The position numbers were made by a program, and so were the translations under genes. 53,612 nucleotides of DNA from positions 1 through 53,612 of the forward strand of contig JBGTCY010000290.1 of the NCBI GenBank assembly GCA_041748615.1, in the 5' to 3' direction. This document shows, in pieces, positions 1-10,157 of the stretch (positions within the stretch are counted from its first letter, which is position 1; every line of letters starts with the position of its first letter). Source of the DNA: Chitinophagales bacterium (GTDB lineage: Bacteria > Bacteroidota > Bacteroidia > Chitinophagales > CAIOSU01). The notes below the pieces were generated by a model, which was not told the DNA's origin, did no database searches, and saw only the letters and a list, made by a program, of their open reading frames with translations.

Positions 1-54
1 GAAAATTACGACTGATGCGGAATGCAGCTTTCTTGACTGTAAAGTTGAATGTTT

Positions 55-62
55 TAAATTTG
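55..62 (+). promoter_or_regulatory. Bacteroidota sigma70 -7 element (TAnnTTTG)
   Basis: TAAATTTG ending 20 nt before the GTG at 83. Confidence 0.5.
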
Positions 63-82
63 ATGAAATTCATTTTAAAAAA

Positions 83-1396
83 GTGAAAATACAGGATTTT
101 TTAAATAAACATTTGTTCGGCAGCAAAAAGAAGCGCAAACAATTGCTTTCCGAATCGAAAGTATTTTGCATGGCGCCCTGGATTCAGCTTCATGCGCAGA
201 CCAACGGGAAGGTAGCGCCATGCTGCATGTCGTCCGTTCACCTTAATAATGAATTTATTGGGATGGGTGATTTGAGGGAAAATCCCCGCATTGAAGCCGC
301 ATGGAATTCCGATAATATGAAGCAACTGCGCAGGAACATGCTCGAGGGAAAGAAAAGCTCCATCTGTACGCATTGCTATGATTATGAAAAGCTGGGCAAA
401 TTCAGCGAGCGGATGAAATACAACAGCGACTATTGGCATGAATTTTCGCGTGTCAGGGCAACGGCAGAAGATGGCAGCTTGATAAAGACGGATGTGCCTT
501 TAATTGACATCCGATTTACGAACAAGTGCAATTTCAAATGCAGAATCTGCGACAGCGTGTATAGTTCATTATGGTATGAAGATGAATTGAAAATCGACAA
601 AAAACCGCCCATGCCTACCACAAAGGAAATGAAAATGGCTTTTGATGATACAGGGTTTTGGGAATCTTTCAAACGCCTTTTAAAGGGCGTAAAGAGACTC
701 CATTTTGCCGGTGGCGAACCGTTGGTAATGGATGAACATTACCGGACGCTGGAATACTTGCTCTCTATCGGAAAAACAGATGTTAATTTGAGCTATAATA
801 CTAATTTTTCAACTTTAAAGTATAAGCAATACAATATCATTGAACTGTGGAACCGGTTTAAAAAAGTGGACGTGTGGGCAAGCTTGGACGGCATGGGGAG
901 CAAGGGCGATTATCAGCGGAAGGGGCAACGCTGGCAGAAAATCGAAGACAACATCCGGCAGGTGCAAAATCATTGTCCTTCTGTGCTGTTTGGCGTGAAT
1001 GTCACCGTCAGTATCTTCAATGTGCTTCACGTGCCTGAGTTTTATCGCTACATGGTGGAAAACAAATTAGTAGCCGAAGACCGGATGAATCTCTACCTGC
1101 TTTTCGACCCGCCTTATTTCAATATCACCAACTTGACGCCCGCACTGAAGCAAAAAGTGGCAGCGCTTTATGAAAAATTCGAGCGCGAATATTTAAACAC
1201 GCTCGACCATAACGCGAATATTAAAAATCATGCTCAATCCATCATCAATTTCATGATGTCGGAGCAGGGAAGCCGTCAGGCTGAGTTTAGCCATTGGGTG
1301 AACGCGGTGGACAACATCAGGAATGAAAAATTTACGGAGTTGTTTCCCGAATTGCGGGAGATGATGGAACCCGAAACGAATCATCACAACGAATGA
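83..1396 (+). CDS. Radical SAM protein with N-terminal twitch/SPASM-like Cys domain
   Basis: CNFKCRIC (CxxxCxxC), FAGGEPL and NTN motifs; N-terminal FC-x18-CC...CTHC cluster; GTG start. Confidence 0.9.
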   Translation: MKIQDFLNKHLFGSKKKRKQLLSESKVFCMAPWIQLHAQTNGKVAPCCMSSVHLNNEFIGMGDLRENPRIEAAWNSDNMKQLRRNMLEGKKSSICTHCYDYEKLGKFSERMKYNSDYWHEFSRVRATAEDGSLIKTDVPLIDIRFTNKCNFKCRICDSVYSSLWYEDELKIDKKPPMPTTKEMKMAFDDTGFWESFKRLLKGVKRLHFAGGEPLVMDEHYRTLEYLLSIGKTDVNLSYNTNFSTLKYKQYNIIELWNRFKKVDVWASLDGMGSKGDYQRKGQRWQKIEDNIRQVQNHCPSVLFGVNVTVSIFNVLHVPEFYRYMVENKLVAEDRMNLYLLFDPPYFNITNLTPALKQKVAALYEKFEREYLNTLDHNANIKNHAQSIINFMMSEQGSRQAEFSHWVNAVDNIRNEKFTELFPELREMMEPETNHHNE

Positions 1397-2685
1397 ATCC
1401 TGTTTCTTCTTTCATCAATCAACGGATTTCAATCCGCATTCCCGTATGGACACTGTTGCTGCTTCCATTTGTCTCCTACCTGTTATGGGAATTATTTTGG
1501 TATAAAACCGTAGGACTGCGCTTCATCGCATGGCACACTCACCTGATGGTGTTTGTGTACCTCTGGCTCTTGGGGTTTATCATGTTACGCATTCTTTTAA
1601 GGAAAAATTCATCTGCCTTTAAAAATTTTTTGCTGGCTTTCAGTTCTGTGATTTTCGCGCTGTTCATTGCGGAACTTTATCTTGAATTATCTGGCGTCAA
1701 TAAAACGTATTTAGAAAAAGTAGGTGGACGCTATTCAAGCCCTTATGCCCCCGGAACTCATACGCATTACCATACATGGCCTCCGCATCGGAAAGAACAT
1801 TGGATTGAAAAAAATGAATTCAGGTTTTGGCGACCCAATAATTCTTATGGCATTGGCGACCGGGAGTGGGAAATGAGCAAACAACCCGGTGAAATCAGAC
1901 TATTAGCTTTAGGCGATTCATTCACCGAAGGCGATGGAGCGCCTTACGATTCTTCTTATGTGGCGTTATTGGACACTTTGCTGAGGAAAAACGGTTTTCT
2001 AGTCTATACCATGAACGGAGGCGTCAGCGGCAGCGACCCTTTCTATGATTTCGTTCATCTGCGCGACAAGCTGCATGTTTACCATCCTGATATTATTCTG
2101 CAAAGCCTGAGTACGCAAGACATGACTACTGACATTATTTTGCGCGGAGGATTCGAGCGTTTTCTCGATGACAGAACAACCCGTTTCATACAGCCGCCCT
2201 GGTGGGAACCTCTTTATGCCATCAGCTATTTGAGCAGATTGTATTTTCATCATGAGGGATATACGGAGTTGTTGAGAAAAGAAAAATTAACACCGGAAGA
2301 GGAGCAACTTTTGAATAGGCAGCTTACAGAACTTTTTAGCCTGTATGCTGACTTCTGCACAGAGAAAAACATCAGGCTTATCGTCATGTTGAGACCGGAC
2401 AGCCGCGAGATAGAGCATCATGAGTATGAATATGATTTTACGGTTATCCTGAACGGTCTGCATTCAAATCCGCATATTGAGGTGATTGATTTATTGCCTG
2501 AATTCGTCAGTTACATACAATCCGGCAACACGCAGACAAAGGATTATTTCTGGAAATATGACGGACATCATAATCCTAAAGGCTACCTGATGATGGCAGA
2601 ATGTGTTTTTAATCAGTTAAAGGAGAGTATTTATGCATCACCTTCTTCATCCGAAGAAGTAAACGGTGAAAAATATTTTGATTAG
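1393..2685 (+). CDS. Membrane-anchored SGNH/GDSL-fold protein (paralog 1, long N-terminal TM type)
   Basis: LALGDSFTEG, NGGVSGSDP, DGHHN; three hydrophobic N-terminal segments; ATGA overlap with the radical SAM gene. Confidence 0.85.
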   Translation: MNPVSSFINQRISIRIPVWTLLLLPFVSYLLWELFWYKTVGLRFIAWHTHLMVFVYLWLLGFIMLRILLRKNSSAFKNFLLAFSSVIFALFIAELYLELSGVNKTYLEKVGGRYSSPYAPGTHTHYHTWPPHRKEHWIEKNEFRFWRPNNSYGIGDREWEMSKQPGEIRLLALGDSFTEGDGAPYDSSYVALLDTLLRKNGFLVYTMNGGVSGSDPFYDFVHLRDKLHVYHPDIILQSLSTQDMTTDIILRGGFERFLDDRTTRFIQPPWWEPLYAISYLSRLYFHHEGYTELLRKEKLTPEEEQLLNRQLTELFSLYADFCTEKNIRLIVMLRPDSREIEHHEYEYDFTVILNGLHSNPHIEVIDLLPEFVSYIQSGNTQTKDYFWKYDGHHNPKGYLMMAECVFNQLKESIYASPSSSEEVNGEKYFD

Positions 2686-2891
2686 CTATAGGTTAAATTT
2701 GGAAGCGTGAAAAATGCGTTGCAGGATGATATAAATAAAATTGGAGTGTTTGTAAATTTTTTTTTCTTCTCAAGAATTCATGCCAACAATAGCAACCTGT
2801 TGAAGCGGTCGGATGTTGTTTCTTAGAATATTTAGCATTAGATTTTTTTCTGAATGCCGGTGAATAGTAACATTCTATATTCAGAGCTTGA

Positions 2892-4229
2892 ATGAATAAA
2901 ATATTATTGTCATTTTTTGCTTTAGTTATCACGTTATTTCTGACGGAAGGATTGTTGCGTTTGTCGGGGAAGCAACCCGGTATATTCATGGATATGCAGG
3001 GATTTGAGGTAGTTGATTCGTTGATAGTTTATAAAAATTATATCACGGATGAAGCCGGTATTTACAAATTCAGTCCATGGATAACCGACTCGGTTTACAA
3101 ATATTACAATCGTGAAAAGCGCAGGTTGGAAAATCAAACGGTAAAAAACTATCTGAAAAAAGTAGATGATTTTTACTATATCTATGACAGCTATCATGCC
3201 TTACAGCGGCAACAAAAAAAACTCCCGTTGCGCTACCGGCTGACATATTTTTTCAGGGATGAAAACTGGGATTCTGAAATTGCGAATGTTTATCAAAAAA
3301 TTACTGATAAAGAAATACCTCCTGACGCCTGGGCAGAGGCAATAGCTGCTTACGTGGAAAAACCTTTCAACAATGAAGGGTTTCGCAGTATCGCTTTCGA
3401 ACAACACGTCACTGACAGACCCCGCATTCTGCTCATTGGCGATTCGTTTGTTTACGGTATGTCGGCTCAACCTTTTTTCAATAGTTTTTCCGACATCCTA
3501 CTATCGCGAGGTTACTTTATTTACAATGCCGGCATTCCGGGAACCGATCCCGCGCAGTATGAAGCGATTGCCAAAAAGTATATTCCTTTGCTGAAGCCGG
3601 ACTTGGTCATCGTGGTATTTTACTTGGGAAACGACCTGATGCACTTCCCGCGCGAACCGCACCCGCTTCATCCGCCCGAACACATGACCAATGCCGGTTT
3701 TTATGAAAGTCACTTATCCGGAAAATATCTCGATGCGCAGGCTGCATACGATTATTATCTTTCCCTGATTACAATTCCGGAACAGCAAAGCACATTTAAC
3801 AGGATTTGTTCTAAAACGGCTTTTACTACTTTGTTGTGGAGTGCATTGTATAAAATGAACCACGTGGAGCATGCCGAGTTGGAAAAATATATCAGCAAAA
3901 AGACAAATAATTATTACAATGCAATCGAATATACGCGCCCATATCTATCCCGAATACGTTCATTGGGTGTTCAGCATTCGATTCCGGTTTTGAATGTAGT
4001 AGTTCCCGATATCTATGAAAGTGTGAATGCAGGATTGCAGTTAGTAACGGTAAATACGGCAACTACCGATAATCTATTTGAAAACACAACCTATTTTTTT
4101 CCTGAGAACCTTGATAAAAGAACGGATTTTCATCAAGACAGTTGTCATTTCAATAACTCCGGCTCGCTTAAATATGCTGAATTTTTAGATAGTATTATAC
4201 GGACTGTTACGAGTATCCGCATCCCGTAA
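2892..4229 (+). CDS. SGNH/GDSL-fold protein (paralog 2, divergent)
   Basis: N-terminal TM; LLIGDSF, NAGIPG, YLGND, DSCHFN. Confidence 0.85.
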   Translation: MNKILLSFFALVITLFLTEGLLRLSGKQPGIFMDMQGFEVVDSLIVYKNYITDEAGIYKFSPWITDSVYKYYNREKRRLENQTVKNYLKKVDDFYYIYDSYHALQRQQKKLPLRYRLTYFFRDENWDSEIANVYQKITDKEIPPDAWAEAIAAYVEKPFNNEGFRSIAFEQHVTDRPRILLIGDSFVYGMSAQPFFNSFSDILLSRGYFIYNAGIPGTDPAQYEAIAKKYIPLLKPDLVIVVFYLGNDLMHFPREPHPLHPPEHMTNAGFYESHLSGKYLDAQAAYDYYLSLITIPEQQSTFNRICSKTAFTTLLWSALYKMNHVEHAELEKYISKKTNNYYNAIEYTRPYLSRIRSLGVQHSIPVLNVVVPDIYESVNAGLQLVTVNTATTDNLFENTTYFFPENLDKRTDFHQDSCHFNNSGSLKYAEFLDSIIRTVTSIRIP

Positions 4230-4432
4230 TTCGCGACTAATTACCGAAGATTCTTGAATTGAAATTTACATAACGGCATAAAATATGCTGAGTTTCTGAA
4301 AACTGATAGCCCCCTTACAAAAAATAGAGCCATCTTCTCCCTTCTTTAAGCGTATTGTCACCTGCCTAAAATTACTTAGTTTATAAAACTTAGGCAAAAA
4401 TGCGTATTTTTGACTTTCAATTTTTTATAAAA

Positions 4433-5764
4433 ATGTTTCAGAATAGTTGTAAAACCACATACCTCAAAACCGTCCTGAATTCACATTTAATTATTTTCAT
4501 CTTAACTATTTGTTTCGGGAACGCTTTTGCCCAGAATTTTAAGAGTCAGCGGCATGAACTGACACTAACAGGTAACGATACCATTCATTTCGATTACAAA
4601 CGATTGCCGGGGAAATACGAGGTAAGCATCACCAATGCCGACCCGGATAACGAGATATCGTTTACCATGCGCAATCTCAATGCATCGGACTATACATCTG
4701 CTACCGCCCTGCTACGTTCGGTCATCAAAGATGAATTTACACCCCACGAAAAAGCGGTGGCTTTGTGGCGCGTAGTAAGTATCAGCGGGCATCACAAGTA
4801 TTTTGACGCTTTCCATTCGTTGAAAGACCCTAATGACCCGATGGCGCTAAACCGCTATCCGGTATTTATGTGCGGTGAGAAAAGCGGAATTCTCACCAAT
4901 CTTGCGCTGCTGGCTGGTTTTTCAGATGCCCGTAGAGTATCCCTTAACGGACACGAGGTGACTGAAATATTTTATGACAATGCATATCACATGTTCGATG
5001 CTGACAGACGCTGTTATTTTACGCTTGCTGACGGCAGCATAGCAAGTACGCAGGCTCTGGCATCCTACCCGGACATCATCCGGCAGCAGGCAAAATTATT
5101 TCATGAAAAATTTCCGGTGAAGGAATATATCAGGCAAATCAGCAGCTATGGTCCAGCGAGCATCGCACACGCTCATTCCATGGTCATTCATGATTACCGG
5201 GATAAATTTTTCGACATCACCCTCTGGGCAGGTGAGCATATCCATTTCCGGTTTGACAAGGTGAATTCGAATATGTTTGAAATGAGCTTTCCCGGTTTTT
5301 ACAAAGGCGCGGGCACCGTTGTGCGCAAAGTGTTGCTTTTAAACAGCAATACCTATTTGCGGAACGATACATTAATATGCCGCAATATTTTATCATACCA
5401 GACTACCTCACTGAAAGTGCTTTCAGAAGTGCCGCTGAATGTCCATGTTTATTTTCGTCCCGTCAATGCGGAAAACGGCAAAACGGAATGGGAGTATTTA
5501 GGCAATCTGCTGGATAAAAAATTAGAGCGTAAATTCAATCTTGCCGATGGGGAATTTTATTATGATTATGAAATCATGTACACAGGCTGCAAGCCGGACA
5601 TGCTCCCGCGCTTTTCCATTGTCAAGGATTTTAATTTCAATGGCATCACCTTCCCCTTTCATGAAAAGGGTCCCGTCTTAATCAGCACGGTAAAAAGCAC
5701 TTCCCTTCATTCAGAACGACTGTGGGTAAACATCCGCAAAGCTTCATCAAAGAAAAGAAGCTAA
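4433..5764 (+). CDS. Secreted transglutaminase-like (Cys-His-Asp) protein
   Basis: Signal peptide ending NAFAQ; FMCGEKSG...NGHEVTEIFYD..YHMFDAD. Start moved from 4400 to the ATG at 4433 because a TATTTTTG promoter-like box lies at 4405-4412. Confidence 0.7.
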   Translation: MFQNSCKTTYLKTVLNSHLIIFILTICFGNAFAQNFKSQRHELTLTGNDTIHFDYKRLPGKYEVSITNADPDNEISFTMRNLNASDYTSATALLRSVIKDEFTPHEKAVALWRVVSISGHHKYFDAFHSLKDPNDPMALNRYPVFMCGEKSGILTNLALLAGFSDARRVSLNGHEVTEIFYDNAYHMFDADRRCYFTLADGSIASTQALASYPDIIRQQAKLFHEKFPVKEYIRQISSYGPASIAHAHSMVIHDYRDKFFDITLWAGEHIHFRFDKVNSNMFEMSFPGFYKGAGTVVRKVLLLNSNTYLRNDTLICRNILSYQTTSLKVLSEVPLNVHVYFRPVNAENGKTEWEYLGNLLDKKLERKFNLADGEFYYDYEIMYTGCKPDMLPRFSIVKDFNFNGITFPFHEKGPVLISTVKSTSLHSERLWVNIRKASSKKRS

Positions 5765-5807
5765 CGGCACGGTCAGATAACCCTTTTTTTTATTCCGGTG
5801 CTAAAGT

Positions 5808-5964
5808 CTGCCCGTTTCAATGGGTGTAGGACAGAATGCAGAGTTATAAACCCGCAGGGTTTAATTCAAATATAAAATGTTATGTAGAAGACTTCATTAA
5901 ATCCTTGCGGGTTTTAAAAAGCGCTGCTATTTGTCTTACACCCGCTGCAATTTCGGATGGGCAG
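5808..5964. repeat. Nested inverted-repeat element (REP/MITE-like)
   Basis: CTGCCCGT(5808)/ATGGGCAG(5957); GGGTGTAGGAC(5822)/GTCTTACACCC(5933); AAACCCGCAGGGTTTAAT(5848)/ATTAAATCCTTGCGGGTTT(5896). Confidence 0.65.
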
Positions 5965-5993
5965 GTCAATAAAAAAACGTAAATTGACCAGCG

Positions 5994-6998
5994 ATGAAAA
6001 GGCTGATTGGTTCGTTGATCATCGCGATGCTTACTGCATTTGCATTAGAGGTGTCGGCATTGCTGATTTTGAAAGGGAAGGGTGGCCATTACTTCAGCCC
6101 GCTGCTGAATTTCAGAAGACTTACAGCGCCTGAAATCAACTATCTGCGGGTTTTCGCCTTTGATGAAGTGGACCCGTTACTGGGGTGGTCTATGAGTGAA
6201 AACACCATTGTTCGCAGGGGATTTGATGCAAGTAATGGAATGGCGATACTTAAAACAAGCGAGTGTGATTCCCCGCTGATTATTTTCATCACAGGCGGCT
6301 CTACATCCGATATCGCGCTGCATCAGGGTAATTGGCCGGTTCATCTTTCCGCGTTGCTGAAAAAGGAACACTTGTGCGCTGAAATTTATATCGGAGCGAC
6401 CGGAGGATACAATTCCGGTCAGGAACTGCTGAAACTTATCCGGGACGGTTTGCCGCTTTCTCCGGACATCCATATCAGCTACAGTGGCGCGAATGAATAC
6501 ATGGAGCCTTCCTATGTTACTCGTTACGAAAATGATTTGTTTTCCCGCCTTGTCTATGATAAATCTACCACCGTCATTTTGCCAAACATTGTTTTTTTAG
6601 CGAGGAAAATATCCGGGCTAAATGTAAGCTTAGAACTGAAACAATCAGAGAAAATAGCAGCATCGGCTTTCTGGCACCGGAATATGATGACCATGCATGA
6701 TATCGCGAAAGGCAGACAATCTGTATTTGCAGGCATCCTACAGCCGGTGCTTGGTACCGGCAGCTATACGCAAGGCGAAATCAGCGAATCTTCAGCCGGA
6801 TTTATCAGAGGCTATCAAATATTTTACCCGGATGCCCGAGAAATCGCATCAAAACATGATTTTATATATGATTTTACATCACTCTTTGACGGCATGGAAC
6901 ACCAAGATGTATATATTGACGATTGCCATATCAACGAACAGTATCAGCCGGTGGTCGCGCAGGCGGTATTCGAAGTAATTAAACTTTCTTTACACTAA
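5994..6998 (+). CDS. SGNH/GDSL-fold protein (paralog 3, GGST type)
   Basis: N-terminal TM; ITGGSTS, GATGGYNSGQE, SGANE, DDCHIN. Confidence 0.8.
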   Translation: MKRLIGSLIIAMLTAFALEVSALLILKGKGGHYFSPLLNFRRLTAPEINYLRVFAFDEVDPLLGWSMSENTIVRRGFDASNGMAILKTSECDSPLIIFITGGSTSDIALHQGNWPVHLSALLKKEHLCAEIYIGATGGYNSGQELLKLIRDGLPLSPDIHISYSGANEYMEPSYVTRYENDLFSRLVYDKSTTVILPNIVFLARKISGLNVSLELKQSEKIAASAFWHRNMMTMHDIAKGRQSVFAGILQPVLGTGSYTQGEISESSAGFIRGYQIFYPDAREIASKHDFIYDFTSLFDGMEHQDVYIDDCHINEQYQPVVAQAVFEVIKLSLH

Positions 6999-8477
6999 AT
7001 GAGTAATCGGTTGACAAAGCTGCTCCTTGTTATCCTATCTGCTGGATTCAGCGCATGGTGTCTTGCATGGCTGTTTGCCGGGGCATGGTTCTGCGAGCCG
7101 AATGCCGAAGATTTTTCACTTGCCGCCAAAGCACGAGATGAAGGAATAATCGCCTCCACGGTCAGCCTTTTGCTTACTTATGACGGCAGGTATTTCACCA
7201 ATATCCTACACGGTGTGAATCCGCTCGCAATCGGTTTTACGAAAGGATACAAACTGATGCCCGTTGCGGGTATTTTCATGTTTGCTCTGTCGCTTTTTTT
7301 TATGTTAAACGCCCTGTTGCCCGCGCGGGAATATCGCCCGCAGCTTATATTCTATTCACTGATATTTACATCGGTTCATTTCGCACTCACCCCTTCGCTG
7401 CCGCACGACCTCTACTGGATGGTCAGCAGTTTCGTTTTTCTCTATCCGTGGATTTTTGTCTTTTTTTGGCTCGGTTCATTTATTCATTTACAGCGGGCTT
7501 CAGGCAATAGCGCTCAAAAAGGGTGGTATTTACTTACAACGCTATTGCTGATTTGCGGCACGGGCATGAGTGAGATGTTTTTGATTGTGAATGCAGTGGC
7601 GCTTTTTTTCCTGTCAGGCTATTACTTTCTGCAAGACAAAAAGCGCCTGCATGATGTGTTGCCGCTTGCAATTATCGGTATCGGCTGCATCCTGTTGTTC
7701 ATCCTCAGTCCCGGTATTCATCATCGCGCATCGGAGTTTAATGAAGGACGTAATATTCTATTCACCATTCAGACCATCGGTTACGGAACAAAAGATTTTT
7801 TCGCTTCATTGCTCAACTGGACATTTCGCAACCCGCTGATGCTGCCGGCTGCATTGTTAGCCGCGTTATATTTTCCGGCTAAAAAACCGGCAGCAGCGGA
7901 TAAAAAAATGCTATTCGTCCTGACGGTGTCGCTTTTGCTGACGGCATGGCTGATGACGATTCCTTTTTATTTATTTATGGGCGACCATACCGGAGCTTAT
8001 CCGAATAGAATCTATACATCGGTATTGACAGCATATCAGCTTGCTCTCACAACAGCAGTCATCTTAGTTGTTCACTACACTAATTTGAGCGGATTTTTCA
8101 GGCGATTTTCTTATTTGAGAAACTACACAGCGATGGTTTTGCTGCTAGGGATGTTTGCGGGCGTCCTGTTATCAGACAACAATATTTCAAGGCTAAAAAA
8201 TGAATATGATACAGGGATTCTGCATCAATTCAAGGATGAAATGGAGCTGCGCTACACGCTGATTAATCACTTGAATACTGACGCGCCCTGTAACGCAGTG
8301 ACGCTGGACGCATTGAGCAATCCGCCCCGGACGATATGGTTTCCGCCTGATATAGAGTCTGACAGAAGTCATCCTCACTGGAACAGGGCATACGAATTAT
8401 ATTTCGGGATTGATGAGGTGAGACTTTACAACGATACCACTACAATTTCAAAAATCCTGATGAACGATGCGCTTTAG
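6999..8477 (+). CDS. Polytopic membrane protein, DUF6056-like (putative GT-C-type transferase)
   Basis: About ten hydrophobic segments; loop after TM1 with EPNAEDF...YDGRYFTN; GMSE motif; starts immediately after the 6998 stop. Confidence 0.65.
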   Translation: MSNRLTKLLLVILSAGFSAWCLAWLFAGAWFCEPNAEDFSLAAKARDEGIIASTVSLLLTYDGRYFTNILHGVNPLAIGFTKGYKLMPVAGIFMFALSLFFMLNALLPAREYRPQLIFYSLIFTSVHFALTPSLPHDLYWMVSSFVFLYPWIFVFFWLGSFIHLQRASGNSAQKGWYLLTTLLLICGTGMSEMFLIVNAVALFFLSGYYFLQDKKRLHDVLPLAIIGIGCILLFILSPGIHHRASEFNEGRNILFTIQTIGYGTKDFFASLLNWTFRNPLMLPAALLAALYFPAKKPAAADKKMLFVLTVSLLLTAWLMTIPFYLFMGDHTGAYPNRIYTSVLTAYQLALTTAVILVVHYTNLSGFFRRFSYLRNYTAMVLLLGMFAGVLLSDNNISRLKNEYDTGILHQFKDEMELRYTLINHLNTDAPCNAVTLDALSNPPRTIWFPPDIESDRSHPHWNRAYELYFGIDEVRLYNDTTTISKILMNDAL

Positions 8478-8997
8478 ATATGGAGTAGCCATATTGATTA
8501 TATTCATCCTGCTATTATGCAGGTTGTTTGCCGTGAAAATACCGCACGAATGGGAAATGGCTTACGTCCACATCCACCTGAATGCCGACAGTACATACGC
8601 AGCAGGCAAGCGGCTGCATGAAAACTCATTGTTGCTTTCCGGACTGAAGCAGGAAATTTTATGCGCGGAAAGTGAAGGAACCGGCTGGCTTCAATTTTAT
8701 AAACTCGATGACCCTGCCAACATTCATCGTGTGATACAGCATTGTTTGATTATTTTCAGGACGCTGGGCGTGAAAAGTTGTAAGATGAGTAAAGACAATG
8801 AACAGGTGAAATTTCACCTGCTTGTCAACCGCGTGAGGCCGGTGGCGTTGACTTTCGTTTTCAATAACGCCAACGGGCTGATGCAGCTTGAAAAAATCGA
8901 GGGGCTTTGCGAAATACTCAGGCAGATTGACTGTCTCGATATTGTGTTGCCGGTTCAGTCGGTGAACATTAGGGAGTCGTTTAAAAACGCTTTTTGA
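8467..8997 (+). CDS. Hypothetical membrane-anchored protein
   Basis: 176 aa with N-terminal hydrophobic helix; 11-bp overlap with the upstream gene suggests coupling; no family recognised. Confidence 0.55.
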   Translation: MRFRYGVAILIIFILLLCRLFAVKIPHEWEMAYVHIHLNADSTYAAGKRLHENSLLLSGLKQEILCAESEGTGWLQFYKLDDPANIHRVIQHCLIIFRTLGVKSCKMSKDNEQVKFHLLVNRVRPVALTFVFNNANGLMQLEKIEGLCEILRQIDCLDIVLPVQSVNIRESFKNAF

Positions 8998-10157
8998 AAA
9001 ATCAATTCTGCGAGCAGGCGGTAGCCCTCAGGGTTAAAATGTCCGTCAATTTTCCAATAGAGCTTTTCAGGATTATCAGCCTGTCGAAAGCCGGGAAGTA
9101 AATCATAAAACTCCAGTTCGGGTATTGACAACAAGCGGTTGCATAACTCCATGTAATAAATATTATTTTCTGCAACTTCCGAAACAAACGGATGCATCGC
9201 TGCTTTCACGGCAATACTATTTTTATTTGCCCACGGCAATATTTGATTCTCAAACAATAGACCGATATGATCAATTGCTTCCATTCTTTGCCGGTGGTTT
9301 TCTTCATCGGTGAAAAGGCTCCAGTCTATTTTCACCACCTTGTGCATGAACAGCCGGAATACAAAACTGACGGCATACACCGGCTCCCACCAGGGCGAAG
9401 GATTGAATCGCACACTGCCACTTTCAAGAAACCGTTCGCTTCCCCCGCGTGAGGCGACATCCAGAATATCACTGTAATTGAGCAAAAAAACGGCCTGCCT
9501 GACGGGAATCGTATCCTGTATTTTTTGCAGCAGTTTAAAATCAAAAAAAGGGTCGCTGCCGCTGACTCCCGCATTCAGCACAGCCCATTCGCTGTTGACG
9601 GCTTTGATGAGTTGTTCCAAAATGAAAGGGTAAGCGCTGTCGGCAGGCGCACCAAACGATTCGGTGAATGAATCGCCAAGCGTGGTAATGATTTTTTGGT
9701 CTTTTCCGGGCAAAGCACCGCGCAAACCCAACGCATTCAATTCTTCAGCCGGATAGTTAAACTCGGCTGTGCTGTAATTTCTTAACTCTCCCGGCTGAAA
9801 CTCTATGGTGTGCCTGATTTCATCAACGCCCAATAATTTGTTTATTCGGTTATTCAATTTTTGATGAAGACTCAGATGGCTGGTGTATCCTTCGCAACAC
9901 AACTCGGTGTAGGTAACCGGGTATTTGAATAAATAGCGAAGCGCAGCTTCCGAAATGAAAAAAGTAAATATCAATGCATAAAGCGCGGTTTGTAATGAAG
10001 CGGGTATTTTTAATCTTCCCGATAATTGATATACCAGCCAGCCTAAAATAATATATAAATACGCGGTCGTGATAAACGTTGACTCTCCGTTCATCAACTT
10101 ATACAATAGCGATATGCCACAGAAGAGTAAAATCACCTTGGTAATTAGCTTAAGCAC
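8955..10157 (-). CDS. SGNH/GDSL-fold protein (paralog 4)
   Basis: TLGDSFTESFG, NAGVSGSDP, RGGSERF...PWWEPVY, DGHFN; GTG start. Confidence 0.85.
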   Translation of the reverse strand: MLKLITKVILLFCGISLLYKLMNGESTFITTAYLYIILGWLVYQLSGRLKIPASLQTALYALIFTFFISEAALRYLFKYPVTYTELCCEGYTSHLSLHQKLNNRINKLLGVDEIRHTIEFQPGELRNYSTAEFNYPAEELNALGLRGALPGKDQKIITTLGDSFTESFGAPADSAYPFILEQLIKAVNSEWAVLNAGVSGSDPFFDFKLLQKIQDTIPVRQAVFLLNYSDILDVASRGGSERFLESGSVRFNPSPWWEPVYAVSFVFRLFMHKVVKIDWSLFTDEENHRQRMEAIDHIGLLFENQILPWANKNSIAVKAAMHPFVSEVAENNIYYMELCNRLLSIPELEFYDLLPGFRQADNPEKLYWKIDGHFNPEGYRLLAELIFQKAFLNDSLMFTD

